Of a stretch of DNA of 64,000 bases, positions 19,441 through 30,493 are shown piece after piece (the first letter of the stretch is position 1; every line of letters begins with the position of its first letter). A model generated the notes under the pieces. It saw nothing but the letters and a program-made list of their open reading frames with translations. It was not told the origin of the DNA and searched no databases. Origin of the DNA: Patescibacteria group bacterium (GTDB lineage: Bacteria > Patescibacteriota > Microgenomatia > UBA1400 > PJMF01); NCBI GenBank assembly GCA_049322575.1, contig JBMORQ010000003.1, positions 17,719 to 81,718 on the forward strand, in the 5' to 3' direction. Made by a program: the position numbers and the translations under genes.

Positions 19441-21066
19441 TCACTCCAGGGTTAAATCAGACAAAACCAGTTGAATTTCTTTATGTCCGTTCCATTGGTT
19501 GAGAGAGGGCGAGCCAGCAACCGACACTCGTTGACCAGTCTCAATCACAGCTAACAACTTAGCCTGGTTCCAAAATATACACTCCAAAGGAACTGAGTCA
19601 GATTGACAAACAATCAGTTTGAGATGACGTTTGTCCTTGCCCAATGACTCAGCTTTAACAATTTCCAGATTTTTGATAGCAAAAACTGGAGGTTGGTTAG
19701 CCTGGCCATAAGGTTCAAGCTCTTTCAGCCTTTCCATCAATTCAATATTGCATAAAGATAGCGGCAGTTCAGCATCGACAAAAAGCTGTGGTTGAAGCTG
19801 TTGCTTGCTAATAGTAATTCTGGAGTGTGAAAAAAGCTGTCGTTTAACCGCTTCAATCTTGGCCATTTCAACCGTGAAACCAGCAGCCATGGGGTGACCG
19901 CCAACATCAATCAAGTCATCTTTCACTAAACGGATTAGCTCAATAATATTCACTCCGTATACTGAGCGGGCTGAAGCTCTGGCTACTTGCCCGGCTTTGC
20001 TAATTACAATTGCAGGTTTGTAAAAAGCCTCGACCATTCTACCAGCGATCAAGCCCACCAAGCCATCGTGAAACTTTTCTGACTCCACAATCAGTAAATG
20101 CTCTTGTTCTTGCTGTTTTGCCTGAGAAATGGCTTCGTCAAGCAAGCTATCTGTGAGTTGCTGACGCGTTGAGTTGGTATCATTAAGTAGTTTTGCTAGT
20201 TCAGTTGCCCGAGTCGTTGACTTGGTACAGATCAAGCGTAAGGCATCCAAGCCACTTGCGATCCTACCCATAGCATTGATTCTTGGAGCAATACCAAAAC
20301 CCACAAGAAAACTATCAACTGGCCTTTTATCCAAGCCTGCATGATAGATCAAGGCTTTTAATCCCGGCCTGGTGGTTTTAGCCAAAGCCTCTAATCCATA
20401 TTTCGCCAAGGTCCGATTGGTTCCTTGGAGAGGAACCATATCAGCAATGGTGGCCACTGCCACTAGGTCTACAATGTTCAAGGCGTGGTCAGGTGTCAGC
20501 GATCGAGCAATTAACCAGGCAACGGCCGCACCACAAACCTCTGTGGAGTGAACAATTTGGTTAGCCATAGGCAAAGTTGACTCTGGCTGGTGATGATCGG
20601 TGATGATTACATCAACTCCCTGGTTGCGAGCATAATCAACTGCCTTGTGAGCGACAATACCGTTATCAACGGTAATAATCAGATCTGGTTTGGATTTAGC
20701 AAATATTTGTTCCAAAGCCTTAATTGACAACCCATAACCATGTTCTGTTCTGCTTGGAATATATGGCAAGACGTCCAGGCCAAACAGATTCAGCGACTCC
20801 CACAAGATTGCCGTTCCCAAAATACCATCGGCATCATAATCTCCAAATACCACAATCTTCTGGTTTTGCTGTTTTGCCAACTGCAAACGATCGACTAGTT
20901 TTTGAATTATCTTCGAATCAATCGCAAAATCCTTAGCCTGGAGTTGACTAATTTTTTTTGGGTTAAGAAACTTTGAGCTGTCGTCGACCTTTCGGTTTTG
21001 CATGAGGACTTTAATTACTTCATCTAAGCTGAGGGGAAGTTTATGATTCTGCAAAAGCCATTTCAT
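19441..21066 (-). CDS. recJ: Single-stranded-DNA-specific exonuclease RecJ
   Basis: 'VVFGDYDADGILGTAIL' DHH motif I, 'ITDHH' DHH motif, and a DHHA1 region 'GGHPMAAG'. Confidence 0.9.
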   Translation of the reverse strand: MKWLLQNHKLPLSLDEVIKVLMQNRKVDDSSKFLNPKKISQLQAKDFAIDSKIIQKLVDRLQLAKQQNQKIVVFGDYDADGILGTAILWESLNLFGLDVLPYIPSRTEHGYGLSIKALEQIFAKSKPDLIITVDNGIVAHKAVDYARNQGVDVIITDHHQPESTLPMANQIVHSTEVCGAAVAWLIARSLTPDHALNIVDLVAVATIADMVPLQGTNRTLAKYGLEALAKTTRPGLKALIYHAGLDKRPVDSFLVGFGIAPRINAMGRIASGLDALRLICTKSTTRATELAKLLNDTNSTRQQLTDSLLDEAISQAKQQEQEHLLIVESEKFHDGLVGLIAGRMVEAFYKPAIVISKAGQVARASARSVYGVNIIELIRLVKDDLIDVGGHPMAAGFTVEMAKIEAVKRQLFSHSRITISKQQLQPQLFVDAELPLSLCNIELMERLKELEPYGQANQPPVFAIKNLEIVKAESLGKDKRHLKLIVCQSDSVPLECIFWNQAKLLAVIETGQRVSVAGSPSLNQWNGHKEIQLVLSDLTLE

Positions 21067-21104
21067 GTGGAGTAATTTATAATAGAGTTCATATCAAAAA
21101 TCTA

Positions 21105-22760
21105 GTGATAGACCTTTATTTTTTGCTAATGACCAATAAAACACCTTTACATCTACCAGTTGAAAGCGTTTACATCCTTTACAAGCTACATCAGGCAAAT
21201 TTTCAGGGCTATTTAGTTGGTGGTGCCGTCAGAGACTTGCTACTCAACTCATTTGACAACACCTCAACTGGTTCACCAACCGTCACTGATTATGATTTCA
21301 CAACCAACGCTATTCCCGAACAAATACAACAAATTTTCCCTAATTCCTTTTATGAAAATAAATTTGGTACCGTCAGTATTAGTTATCAGCACTTGGTTGA
21401 ACAAATGAACGATGAGGGTTTTGTTCTTAGCGAGAAGAACATAAAAAATCAACTCAACCAAAGCCAGGAAAAGTCGACCGATTCCAAAATAATTGATATC
21501 GCTCGTGCCACCAAGATCCACTCATCCTTAGATTCCACTGAAAACAGCCTCAAGTCCAAGTCTCAGCTTGAACCACCAGCCTTTGAAATCACAACCTATC
21601 GTTCCGACGGCCAATATCTGGATGGGCGACGTCCTGAGTCTGTTAGTTGGGGAAAACAGATTGAAGAAGATCTTAACAGACGAGACTTCACTATTAACGC
21701 CATGGCTATTGGCTTAAAACAAGACTTTCTGGAAAAGCTTTTTAACCAACACCTTGGTCAAGTAGACCCGTTAGTGCTCGATGATCAATACCTATTAGTT
21801 GACTTACATGGGGGATTATCAGACTTGCAGCACAAAATCATTCGCACTGTTGGTGAACCCAATCAACGTTTTCATGAGGACGCGTTGCGTATGCTTAGAG
21901 CCATACGCATGGCCGTTCAGTTAGAAATGCAGATCGACCCATCAAGCTATCAGGCAATTCTAACTAACTCTCAACTCATCACTAAAGTTAGTCAAGAAAG
22001 GATCGCTGATGAACTCCTAAAAATGCTCTCGAGCAATTGGCCAAAACAAGCCATCGAATTACTTGATAAAACAGGTCTTTTGCCCTTGATTTTACCAGAG
22101 CTAATAGCTACTAAAGGTGTTGAACAAGCTGGTCATCACACCACAGATGTCTGGCAACACAGCCTGGATTCTCTGCAAAATTGCCCATCAAAAGACCCAA
22201 TTGTGCGTCTGGCTACACTCTTGCATGACATAGCCAAGCCGAATACCCAACAATTCCAAAACGATACGATATCTTTTTATAACCACGAAATCTTAGGGTC
22301 GAGAATTGCTAGCAATGTTGGCAAACGCTTGCGGCTATCAAAAAATGACCTCCAACGTCTGTTTTTATTGGTTCGCTATCACATGTTCCATTACCAACCA
22401 GAAAATTCTGATGCTTCAATCCGAAGACTAATGAGAAAAGTTGGCTTGGAGAACATTGACGACATCCTAGCCTTGCGCGAGGGTGATCGCTTAGGCAGCG
22501 GTGCAGCCAAAACCAGTTGGCGTTTAGAAGAGCTCAAAGAACGCATGATCGAGCAGCTCCATCAACCGATGGACGTAACTGATTTAGCAATTGACGGTCA
22601 CATGCTCATGGCCGAGCTGGGCCTGAAACCAGGCCCTATCCTGGGAAAGCTACTTAATCAATTGTTTGAAATTGTCCTGGAGAAGCCTGAAGCTAACCAG
22701 CGCCATACCCTTCTTGAGATGGCAAAAACACTTCTAAAGCAAGAAGATCATACTGGTTAA
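21105..22760 (+). CDS. cca: CCA tRNA nucleotidyltransferase (PolyA_pol family) with an HD domain and a long insertion
   Basis: 'GYLVGGAVRDLLL' head-domain motif, 'RRDFTINAMA', and an HD motif 'HSLDSL...LLHDIAKP'. Confidence 0.8.
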   Translation: MIDLYFLLMTNKTPLHLPVESVYILYKLHQANFQGYLVGGAVRDLLLNSFDNTSTGSPTVTDYDFTTNAIPEQIQQIFPNSFYENKFGTVSISYQHLVEQMNDEGFVLSEKNIKNQLNQSQEKSTDSKIIDIARATKIHSSLDSTENSLKSKSQLEPPAFEITTYRSDGQYLDGRRPESVSWGKQIEEDLNRRDFTINAMAIGLKQDFLEKLFNQHLGQVDPLVLDDQYLLVDLHGGLSDLQHKIIRTVGEPNQRFHEDALRMLRAIRMAVQLEMQIDPSSYQAILTNSQLITKVSQERIADELLKMLSSNWPKQAIELLDKTGLLPLILPELIATKGVEQAGHHTTDVWQHSLDSLQNCPSKDPIVRLATLLHDIAKPNTQQFQNDTISFYNHEILGSRIASNVGKRLRLSKNDLQRLFLLVRYHMFHYQPENSDASIRRLMRKVGLENIDDILALREGDRLGSGAAKTSWRLEELKERMIEQLHQPMDVTDLAIDGHMLMAELGLKPGPILGKLLNQLFEIVLEKPEANQRHTLLEMAKTLLKQEDHTG

Positions 22761-22855
22761 CTTATGCGGTGAGCAAGCCAGATCCTAACACAGCAAAACA
22801 AGCCTCTCATATAATTCAATTGTCGAGGAAGTCATTATTCTGGAAAAGAACCAGA

Positions 22856-23746
22856 CTAGATTTTTTTCTTGGAAATCTTTTCGTTCCAAACCAACAAAAG
22901 TGGCACAGCTGTAAAAGGACTTGAGTACGTACCAGAAATAGCTCCAATTAGTAACGCCACTGCGAACCAACGAATACTCTCGCCACCCAATAAAACCAAA
23001 GATAGCAACATAATAATGATTGTCACAGAGTTATTAACTGAACGACCCATTGTTTCCAGAACAGCCGCATCTGCAAGCTCTTCAAGAGACTGATTAGGGT
23101 GATTTTTGCGTAACTCACGAATGCGATCATAAACCACAATCGTGTCATGAACAGAAAATGACAAGGTGGTGAGTAGTGCTGTCACAAATAACACATCGAC
23201 TTCGACACCCATGAAATACCCCAGCAAACTGAATATACCAAGCAAAACCAGAGAGTCATGCAACATCGCTAAGATAGCACAGACACCAAACATCAATTGA
23301 TTGAACTGCCTCCAAACGTATAAAGTGATCGCAATCGATGCCAAAAGCACGGCGGCTAAAGTCTTGACCAATAGTTCTCTGCCTAAAATCGGTCCCACTG
23401 AAGCAAATCGAACTTCTTCAATCTGGCCATATTTCTCCGATAATTTCTTTATAAAAGCATCTTTTTGGTCATTTGAGATGGTTTTGCCACGGACAATAAT
23501 TTGATTATCACCAGATTTTTGGACCGAATTAATTTCATAGATATCCGCAGCAACTGCTTGAATATCTTGACGCTCCAGTAATTTTTTTGAGTCGGCCTGA
23601 GCATACTTAACCTCCAACAACGAGCCGCCTGTAAAATCTATTGCCGGTTTTAGACCATAACGAAGCAATGAATACAGACCTGGAACAATAACCAAGAGCG
23701 AGATAATGAAAAAAACATTTCGATGTTTGAGAATACTAAATTGCAT
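22856..23746 (-). CDS. secF: Protein translocase subunit SecF
   Basis: SecF topology and conserved C-terminal TM bundle; adjacent to secD with an 11-nt overlap. Confidence 0.9.
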   Translation of the reverse strand: MQFSILKHRNVFFIISLLVIVPGLYSLLRYGLKPAIDFTGGSLLEVKYAQADSKKLLERQDIQAVAADIYEINSVQKSGDNQIIVRGKTISNDQKDAFIKKLSEKYGQIEEVRFASVGPILGRELLVKTLAAVLLASIAITLYVWRQFNQLMFGVCAILAMLHDSLVLLGIFSLLGYFMGVEVDVLFVTALLTTLSFSVHDTIVVYDRIRELRKNHPNQSLEELADAAVLETMGRSVNNSVTIIIMLLSLVLLGGESIRWFAVALLIGAISGTYSSPFTAVPLLLVWNEKISKKKI

Positions 23747-25130
23747 GCTTCTTTCTGGTAACTAAAGGCAAAAATACTCTCATCAGAGTTCGGCTCACAA
23801 CCACACCAGTGAACAGGCTCACCGTTACTCCAATTAATAGGGTTATACCAAATCCCCTTACCAAACCACTTGAATTCAAGAAGTTGAAATCCAGAGGATT
23901 AATTAAGATAAGAGAAGTCATGATTGTGGCGAGATTAGCGTCTTTTATGCTGTCCCAAGCTCGACCAAAACCAAGCTCCATTGAGCGCTCAAGAGAGTTG
24001 CCTACCCGCAGCTCTTCTTTCATTCTCTCAAAAATTAGGATATTGGAATCAACCGCCATACCTATTGATAAAACCAATCCAGCGATTCCGGGTAACGTCA
24101 GAGTAATCCCCAGAATCTTATAAATTGCTAGTGTCAGTATTGAATAAATCACTAAAGCAACACTCGCCAAAAACCCCTTCCAACCATAATAGATAATCAT
24201 GAAGAGCATGACTAAGAAAATTCCCACCAAACCGGCTCGTAAGCTTTGTTGGATTGACGTTTCACCCAGACTTGCACCAATCGTCTGTTGCTGTAAAACC
24301 TTGATTGGCACAGGTAGGGCGCCTGCATTAAGCTGAATAGCCAACTGCTTGGCTTCCTCCAAGCTGAAACCACCTGTCATCACTGCACGACCATCGAGAA
24401 TGGCCGTAGAAATTTGCGGCATGGCAACGGGAAAATCGTCGATGAAAATTGCCAAAACCTCGCCAGTGTGCTCCGAGGTAATATCGGCAAAAAGCTTGCT
24501 GCCATCCTCCTTAAACTCAAGGTTAATAACAGGCTCTCCGGTATTGGGATCAAAGCCAACCATAGCTCTTTTTAGCTGTTTTCCTGTCAAACCAGTCGTC
24601 TCAAATTGATTAAAGAACGCCAATGCTGACTCAGTAGCGACAGCGCTTTCTGAAGCCTGTGCCGATAAACTGCTTTCCAAACGGAAATCAAGATTAGCAG
24701 TTGTACCAACCAACTCAAGTGCCTGTTTGGGATCGGTTACTCCAGGTAGCTCTACAAATAAGCGATAGTCATCGTTCATTTTAGCCGTCTGGATAACTGG
24801 TTCACTGATGCCAAACATATCGACGCGACGTTGAATAATTGTCCGAGCAGACTCTATTGCCGTTTCACGGTCCTCGAGAGCAATGTCAGTCATGTCCGCC
24901 TGCAATACCACCTGCATACCACCTTGAATATCCAAACCACGTTTTAAAAGGAATTCCTTTTGGTAATGAGTTCCCAAAAAATAGAAATCGTAGCCACCTC
25001 CGGGTAGTATAAAGTTGATTTGCTTACCAAAAAGATTAAAAGACACAGGCCAATTTTTTGGCAGTGCCACAAAGCCAGCAAGTAAGGTCAACACCACAAT
25101 AAACAACAACAGTTTACTTTGTTTTTTCAT
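23736..25130 (-). CDS. secD: Protein translocase subunit SecD
   Basis: 'GLDIQGGMQVVLQAD' P1-head motif and a C-terminal six-TM bundle 'LVLSIGMAVDSNILIFERMKEE'. Confidence 0.9.
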   Translation of the reverse strand: MKKQSKLLLFIVVLTLLAGFVALPKNWPVSFNLFGKQINFILPGGGYDFYFLGTHYQKEFLLKRGLDIQGGMQVVLQADMTDIALEDRETAIESARTIIQRRVDMFGISEPVIQTAKMNDDYRLFVELPGVTDPKQALELVGTTANLDFRLESSLSAQASESAVATESALAFFNQFETTGLTGKQLKRAMVGFDPNTGEPVINLEFKEDGSKLFADITSEHTGEVLAIFIDDFPVAMPQISTAILDGRAVMTGGFSLEEAKQLAIQLNAGALPVPIKVLQQQTIGASLGETSIQQSLRAGLVGIFLVMLFMIIYYGWKGFLASVALVIYSILTLAIYKILGITLTLPGIAGLVLSIGMAVDSNILIFERMKEELRVGNSLERSMELGFGRAWDSIKDANLATIMTSLILINPLDFNFLNSSGLVRGFGITLLIGVTVSLFTGVVVSRTLMRVFLPLVTRKKHAI

Positions 25131-25730
25131 CTAGAGTCCTGGTATCTGACGGTGGGCAAAATCGTCTTCGCTTCCAATCACCATTACGCGACTGGAGTAA
25201 AGAATTTCCATGATAAAAGGATCACGCCTGGTCTTCCTGAAGTTAAACTCCTCCAAAGAAAACACAGCGTAGTTAATCTCACGACCGATCTTTTCTTGTT
25301 CTTCTTTAATCATTAGCTGCAGTTCCTGCAGAACAATCTCACCAATAATCAAAACATCCACATCATCCTTGCCTGGTCGTAAACCTCGAACAAACTTACC
25401 AGAAAACATAACAAAATCGATCTCACCTAGTTTCTTGCGATTTTTGCGAATTTTTCTACCTAAACCAGTACTTTTTGCAACCATTTGTTGCAGTTCTTGA
25501 AAATACAAATACCGTTTATTTAAGGAATAATAGAGCCTGTTACCCCGCTGCTCACTTTTAAGGAGTCCGCAACCTACCAAGCGATCCAGTTCTCGGCGCA
25601 CCGCATTGATTTCCTCCTTAACTAGCCGAGTAATCTCACGCACGTAATACATCTGGTCATCGTGAGTGAAAAACAGCTCCAACATTTTCACTCTGACCCG
25701 AGAAACTATAATGTCTTGTAATGTTGTCAT
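25131..25730 (-). CDS. Winged-helix DNA-binding protein with a possible C-terminal minimal nucleotidyltransferase-like domain
   Basis: wHTH-like 'VREITRLVKEEINAVRRELDRLVGCGLLKSEQRGNRLYYSL'; C-terminal 'GKDDVDVLIIGEI' weakly resembles an MNT motif. Abuts the secD start. Confidence 0.4.
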   Translation of the reverse strand: MTTLQDIIVSRVRVKMLELFFTHDDQMYYVREITRLVKEEINAVRRELDRLVGCGLLKSEQRGNRLYYSLNKRYLYFQELQQMVAKSTGLGRKIRKNRKKLGEIDFVMFSGKFVRGLRPGKDDVDVLIIGEIVLQELQLMIKEEQEKIGREINYAVFSLEEFNFRKTRRDPFIMEILYSSRVMVIGSEDDFAHRQIPGL

Positions 25731-25974
25731 ATCTTATTTTACTACTGGAGTGATAACCGAATACCACACCTGATGTCAATACATTTATATTACCAGAAAC
25801 GATTAACTTTTGTACTCGGAATTTTCCGACCACCAGAAGATGCCAGCAACTTGGGCAGAAGACTACAGAGCTCCAAACGGTTTTTGTGATACAAATGTTA
25901 CGGGCAGGAAGTCAAATAAACCTTCTCCGCAGCTCAAGTCGAAATTTTACCGCCTGCCCTATGCAATGGTCTGT

Positions 25975-27219
25975 TTAATACTGCACCTCGTTGCTCACAT
26001 CGACAACCGAGATCCAGACTTGTCCACGAGCTAGCTCGACCTGCTTGCCTTTAGCATCGTTAAACTCGAGTTCTGACTCGCGGGTCTTTTTCACCCAAGT
26101 GATTTTTTCAGCTGATCCATGTTTGAAGAGCAATGCCTCTCCCTTGCCAGTCGTTTGGTAAAGCATATGTTTCTTTTCGTTGATTGGACCCTCTTCTTTA
26201 GTGAAAAGCACGATAACATTGCTTGAGGCAATCTGTTGACCATCGTTCAGATCAGTATGTTTGTCGCCTCCAACCTCTCTCAAAAAAACGTCTTTGGTTG
26301 AATCATATGTCCATTTGACTGAGTAGTCGCTGTAACCACTCCAAAAATCATAAGCAACAGTACTAACGTTACCTTTAGCTGACGCAGTTTCCTCAAAGGT
26401 CCAACCAGTGTAACCGTCTTTCCAATCAGAACCAGGCACTGTTTTCTTACCTAGCTTTCTTTCTGGAGACATGTTGGTCCAGCCACGTTTAGCAGCAACT
26501 GCCCACAATTTCTCGGTAGAGGTTACCATAGTATGCTCTGTAGCAATTTCTTTACCCTCAACACGATTGTAATCGCGGTAGAAAGTAGGATATCCTACCG
26601 AGAATTGGTTGATGTCTGTGTTCAGCTCCCAACCATAATCGCCAATCTTCCCGAGAGCATCACTTGGCCCTGGAACATTTGCGCCACCGACATGAACGTA
26701 CATTGGTAAATTAAAACCTGAAGCCCAGTCAACAAAATAAATACGGGCAGAACGAATTGGAGCCAAAAGCAAGTCTTGATACTGAGCACCACAATAAAAA
26801 ATCGCGCCAAATCTGGTCACTCCACCTTCAGCAACTGCTTCAAAAACGGCGTCAGCCTTACTCAAACCAGACTGAGGACGAGCATCGGGTGTGTTCTCGA
26901 TCATCACAAATAACGGACGTCGGGCTGACCAAGCATCTTTCTCGGTTTTAGTATACATTCTGCCATTAATTGGACAAACCTGGTCACGAGGTTCATTGGG
27001 GTCAATTTGCAGTAAAGCACCTAATAATGATGAATCATCTCCTTCAGCCTGCTGAGTTGTCTCGCCACCCTCTGGAACGACCACTGTCGAACTTCCAACG
27101 CGGGCAAAAATAGCATAAGAGCCAATAGCTGAGACGATGTATAGAACCAAGGCTAAGAACAAAGATTTTTTCGACATTACTCTCCCTTCCGAAGAAATAG
27201 TCTTTATTGCTGACTGCAA
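25975..27219 (-). CDS. DUF3048 (YerB-like) secreted/lipoprotein-type protein
   Basis: 'RPLFVMIENTPDARPQSGLSKADAVFEAVAEGGVTRFGAIFY' matches the conserved DUF3048 N-domain block, with an N-terminal signal/TM. Confidence 0.7.
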   Translation of the reverse strand: MQSAIKTISSEGRVMSKKSLFLALVLYIVSAIGSYAIFARVGSSTVVVPEGGETTQQAEGDDSSLLGALLQIDPNEPRDQVCPINGRMYTKTEKDAWSARRPLFVMIENTPDARPQSGLSKADAVFEAVAEGGVTRFGAIFYCGAQYQDLLLAPIRSARIYFVDWASGFNLPMYVHVGGANVPGPSDALGKIGDYGWELNTDINQFSVGYPTFYRDYNRVEGKEIATEHTMVTSTEKLWAVAAKRGWTNMSPERKLGKKTVPGSDWKDGYTGWTFEETASAKGNVSTVAYDFWSGYSDYSVKWTYDSTKDVFLREVGGDKHTDLNDGQQIASSNVIVLFTKEEGPINEKKHMLYQTTGKGEALLFKHGSAEKITWVKKTRESELEFNDAKGKQVELARGQVWISVVDVSNEVQY

Positions 27220-27238
27220 AAATATGACTTGTATTTGG

Positions 27239-27529
27239 TTATTTAGTATAAAGTAAAATCATAAATAACACAGCAAGAATAATCAAGCTGGTTATTAAGG
27301 TTTTGCCCAAATCAGCAAAAATTAGTTTTTGAGAATAACCGAAGTTTTTTTCCCAAGAAAACGATTTACTCTGCTGGCCTCTGTCAGGATGTTTTTTCTG
27401 CTCTGAGGGCTTTTTTTTATCCGATCTAATCACCTCACTTGGTTGATAACTCTCTACTGGATCTTGAGTTACCTGCTTCCTCTTTTCCGCAGCAGAAATT
27501 TTTTGACTACGTAAACGTTTTTTCGACAT
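27239..27529 (-). CDS. Small basic tail-anchored membrane protein (hypothetical)
   Basis: Lys/Arg-rich N-terminal part and a single C-terminal TM 'LITSLIILAVLFMILLY'. Start taken at MSKKRL to avoid overlap with rseP. Confidence 0.3.
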   Translation of the reverse strand: MSKKRLRSQKISAAEKRKQVTQDPVESYQPSEVIRSDKKKPSEQKKHPDRGQQSKSFSWEKNFGYSQKLIFADLGKTLITSLIILAVLFMILLYTK

Positions 27530-27554
27530 AATCACTTTCCATAAATTTTGCCAA

Positions 27555-28757
27555 TTAGTTTCCTTGAACAATTCTGGCCACATCCTTAAATGTGATCAAA
27601 ATAATCAAGCCCATAAGTGCAATAAATCCCCCATAATTGACATAACCTTCAACCTTGTCAACTCGACTCTTGCCAATCACTTTCTCCATCAAGATCATCA
27701 GAATTCTACCTCCGTCCAAGGCAGGAATTGGCAAAATGTTCATTACTGCCAAATTAATAGACAACAAACCCATGAAATTTAACACCATCAACCAGCCTTG
27801 AGCCAACAAATCGCTTTTTTGTGCCTGATGTGCAATCCCAACTGGACCCGCAACATCTACAGGTAAGCCATTACCTAGAAACAAGTTGGTGAAAAGTTGC
27901 ACAATACCTGTCACCATCAACCAGCCCATCGCCAATGCCTGCCCAATGCCGTAGACAATGCCGCGGAAAGGCATCTCATACCATGGGTAAAATTTTAAAT
28001 AAAAGTCACTAAAAACAATTCCCATCGAACCTTCACCCGCCGGAGTTTCCTCTGCTGTGCGTAAGTACAGATTAAAGGATTGACTTACTTCCTGACAACT
28101 CTCCTCTCGACACAGTCCTGAAGTAATCACTGTTACCTCTTGACCAGCATGAGCGGTTACGTACTTTTGAACATCATCAATACTACTTACAGGAGTAGTT
28201 TCCCCCTGATAGACAAAGGCAATGATGCTGGTTTCTGCTTCTACACCAGCTTGAGCCGCTGGGCTGTTTTCAAGTGTCTGAAGTATACGAGGTTGATTAT
28301 CAAGTGGAACAGGTATCCCAGAGAAAGAAAAGATCACCGAAAAGGCTACCATACCAAAAATTAAGTTGAACAAAGGCCCAGCCGAAATGATGGCTATTCT
28401 AGGCAGCATTGGCTTGAGGAAGAAAACTCCATCCAGGCTGTTCTTATCGACAGAAAGACTGGTCTTTTTTGACTCTTCACCCGCCTCAGAAGCCAAGCTT
28501 GATTTGACTGATCGCGAGGCACCAGCATTGCTGGTGTCGGCTTCCTCACCTCTAAGTTTAACAAATCCTCCAAAAGGAATGGCATTAAGCGAAAACAATG
28601 TTTCCTTTATCTTAAACAGGGACAAGATTCTAGGAGGATAACCAAAACCAAATTCTTCCACCGCCACGCCAAACTTTTTGGCCATCAGGTAGTGACCTAA
28701 CTCGTGAATAATGACCAAGAGGGATAACAGTAGTAGGATGAGTAAAACATTAATCAT
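27555..28757 (-). CDS. rseP: RIP zinc metalloprotease RseP (site-2 protease, M50)
   Basis: 'HELGHYLMAKKFGV' HExxH, a PDZ-like middle region, and a C-terminal 'LNLAVMNILPIPALDGG' LDG motif. Confidence 0.85.
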   Translation of the reverse strand: MINVLLILLLLSLLVIIHELGHYLMAKKFGVAVEEFGFGYPPRILSLFKIKETLFSLNAIPFGGFVKLRGEEADTSNAGASRSVKSSLASEAGEESKKTSLSVDKNSLDGVFFLKPMLPRIAIISAGPLFNLIFGMVAFSVIFSFSGIPVPLDNQPRILQTLENSPAAQAGVEAETSIIAFVYQGETTPVSSIDDVQKYVTAHAGQEVTVITSGLCREESCQEVSQSFNLYLRTAEETPAGEGSMGIVFSDFYLKFYPWYEMPFRGIVYGIGQALAMGWLMVTGIVQLFTNLFLGNGLPVDVAGPVGIAHQAQKSDLLAQGWLMVLNFMGLLSINLAVMNILPIPALDGGRILMILMEKVIGKSRVDKVEGYVNYGGFIALMGLIILITFKDVARIVQGN

Positions 28758-28784
28758 AATCTTGACCCAAGCTCTGTGACTGGG

Positions 28785-29339
28785 CTATATGGTTAGCAAG
28801 TCTTTTTCTTTTATCTCGATCAGTCGATCAATCTTTTCCAGATATTCTTTAATGATTTCCTCAAGCTCTTTAAGTTGTCGCTTGACATCGTCCTCGCTCA
28901 CTCCTGCTTCACCCTGCTGAGCCTCAATTTCCTTTTTGAACTCAACACGCTGATTCCTGACCATAACTCGGGTTGACTCGGCCTTTTGATGGACGAGTTT
29001 GACCAATTCTTGTCGACGCTCCTGATTTAATGGAGGAACCGGCACTCGGACAATCTCGCCATCAATGATCGGGCTCAAATTAAGTTGAGCAATCTGAATA
29101 GCTTTTTCAATGTTAGCCAAAAGAGATTTGTCCCAGGGTGTGATTGTCAGCATGTGTGCGTCCAAAACAGAGACATTTCCCACCTCGTTAAGCTTCATGC
29201 GGGTGCCGTATGCCTCGACCATAACTGAGTCAAGCATCTGAACCGATGCCTTACCAGTCCGAATGTTAGACAATTCCTGAGATAAATGATCAATCGTGGC
29301 CTGGAGCTTTGGTTTGTATGTTGAGGTTTCAATTGGCAT
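28785..29339 (-). CDS. frr: Ribosome recycling factor
   Basis: Length 184 aa; canonical RRF N-terminus and 'IRTGKAS' block. Confidence 0.9.
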   Translation of the reverse strand: MPIETSTYKPKLQATIDHLSQELSNIRTGKASVQMLDSVMVEAYGTRMKLNEVGNVSVLDAHMLTITPWDKSLLANIEKAIQIAQLNLSPIIDGEIVRVPVPPLNQERRQELVKLVHQKAESTRVMVRNQRVEFKKEIEAQQGEAGVSEDDVKRQLKELEEIIKEYLEKIDRLIEIKEKDLLTI

Positions 29340-29551
29340 ATTTTTTAAGAAATTTATAATCTAACTCGAGAAAATGCTTCAAGTCAATAAATTTTCCCGT
29401 GAAAAAGCGCTCTTGGCTGCTTCGTGCATTATTTCGCAGTTAGTGAAACCCATTCTACCAAAAAAAATCGAGAATATCTCAGTGTGTTAGATCAACCTCA
29501 TCAAGAAATCAGACATCTATCAGGCGAGAACTATTCGGCGGGGACGATATT

Positions 29552-29582
29552 TTGCTACAAGCCTATTAAACTCTGATATACT
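29552..29582 (+). promoter_or_regulatory. Putative promoter: TTGCTA -35 and an extended -10 TGaTATACT ending 6 nt before the ATG at 29589 (leaderless-type arrangement)
   Basis: Sequence read directly. No RBS-like purine tract lies between the -10 element and the ATG. Confidence 0.3.
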
Positions 29583-29588
29583 CAGACC

Positions 29589-30491
29589 ATGCTTCAACGG
29601 TTTAAGGATATCCTTCTTCAAAGGCTCTGGCGGAGTTTTGCGGACGTTGGTTATTATTTGCAGTTGCGCCAAGAATCAATTAAACAATCAAGTTTTTTCT
29701 TCCTGGTTTTCTATGGTTTGCTATCAATGAGTTCGGCAGCTTTATTTATCAACAGAGACTTGCCGCATTATTTATCATTAGCCAAACAAGCTGCTAAAGA
29801 AGCTGTCCAACACTTTGACACTACAAGCTCTATCACCTGGAACGGGCAAAGACTCCAATTGACGGGCCAAAGCGTCTTTGAGGTGTTTTACCCGTCTTTT
29901 ATTGACACCAAAAAAGAAGGATTGCCAGAGAGGCTAGCACTTATTATTGATAAAAACACCTCTCCCACTGAATACTACAATCAAAAACAACAAGAAACCT
30001 CAGACCCATTGGTATCTACGGCCTTTTTTCTCAACCAAAACTCATACTATTTCCAAGATGCTCAAAGAAGTTGGGTACAAAGAAATCTCAATGAAACCAT
30101 TCCGCCAGATGTAGCTTTTGAGTTGTCGAAAATCAAACTTGAGCAATTGGTTACGCAGTATCTTGATCCGGCCCTCACTATCCTAGATCAACATCGTTTC
30201 GAGATATTTATTGCCATATCAGCCTGGAAAATGTTAGCAGGCATGCTTATAGTCGTTTGGAACGGTCTGCTAGCCAGCTTGGTGATGCGCTTCTATCGCA
30301 TCAAAACAAATTTTGTGCAGAGTTTTAATTGGTCAATCCATCTAACTATTCTGGCGCAATCAATCAATGTTTTTGTTCAAGTGATTTATCCAGATGTCGA
30401 TTTCTCGATCTTTACGCTCAGTTACTGGGCCATCTTTACCTTTTTAGTCATCTCTCTGAGGTCCAAACTGTTAAACGAAAACGAAGTTTAA
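29589..30491 (+). CDS. Hypothetical membrane protein (DUF1189-like?)
   Basis: 300 aa, several TM helices, no recognisable catalytic motifs. Confidence 0.5.
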   Translation: MLQRFKDILLQRLWRSFADVGYYLQLRQESIKQSSFFFLVFYGLLSMSSAALFINRDLPHYLSLAKQAAKEAVQHFDTTSSITWNGQRLQLTGQSVFEVFYPSFIDTKKEGLPERLALIIDKNTSPTEYYNQKQQETSDPLVSTAFFLNQNSYYFQDAQRSWVQRNLNETIPPDVAFELSKIKLEQLVTQYLDPALTILDQHRFEIFIAISAWKMLAGMLIVVWNGLLASLVMRFYRIKTNFVQSFNWSIHLTILAQSINVFVQVIYPDVDFSIFTLSYWAIFTFLVISLRSKLLNENEV

Positions 30492-30493
30492 CT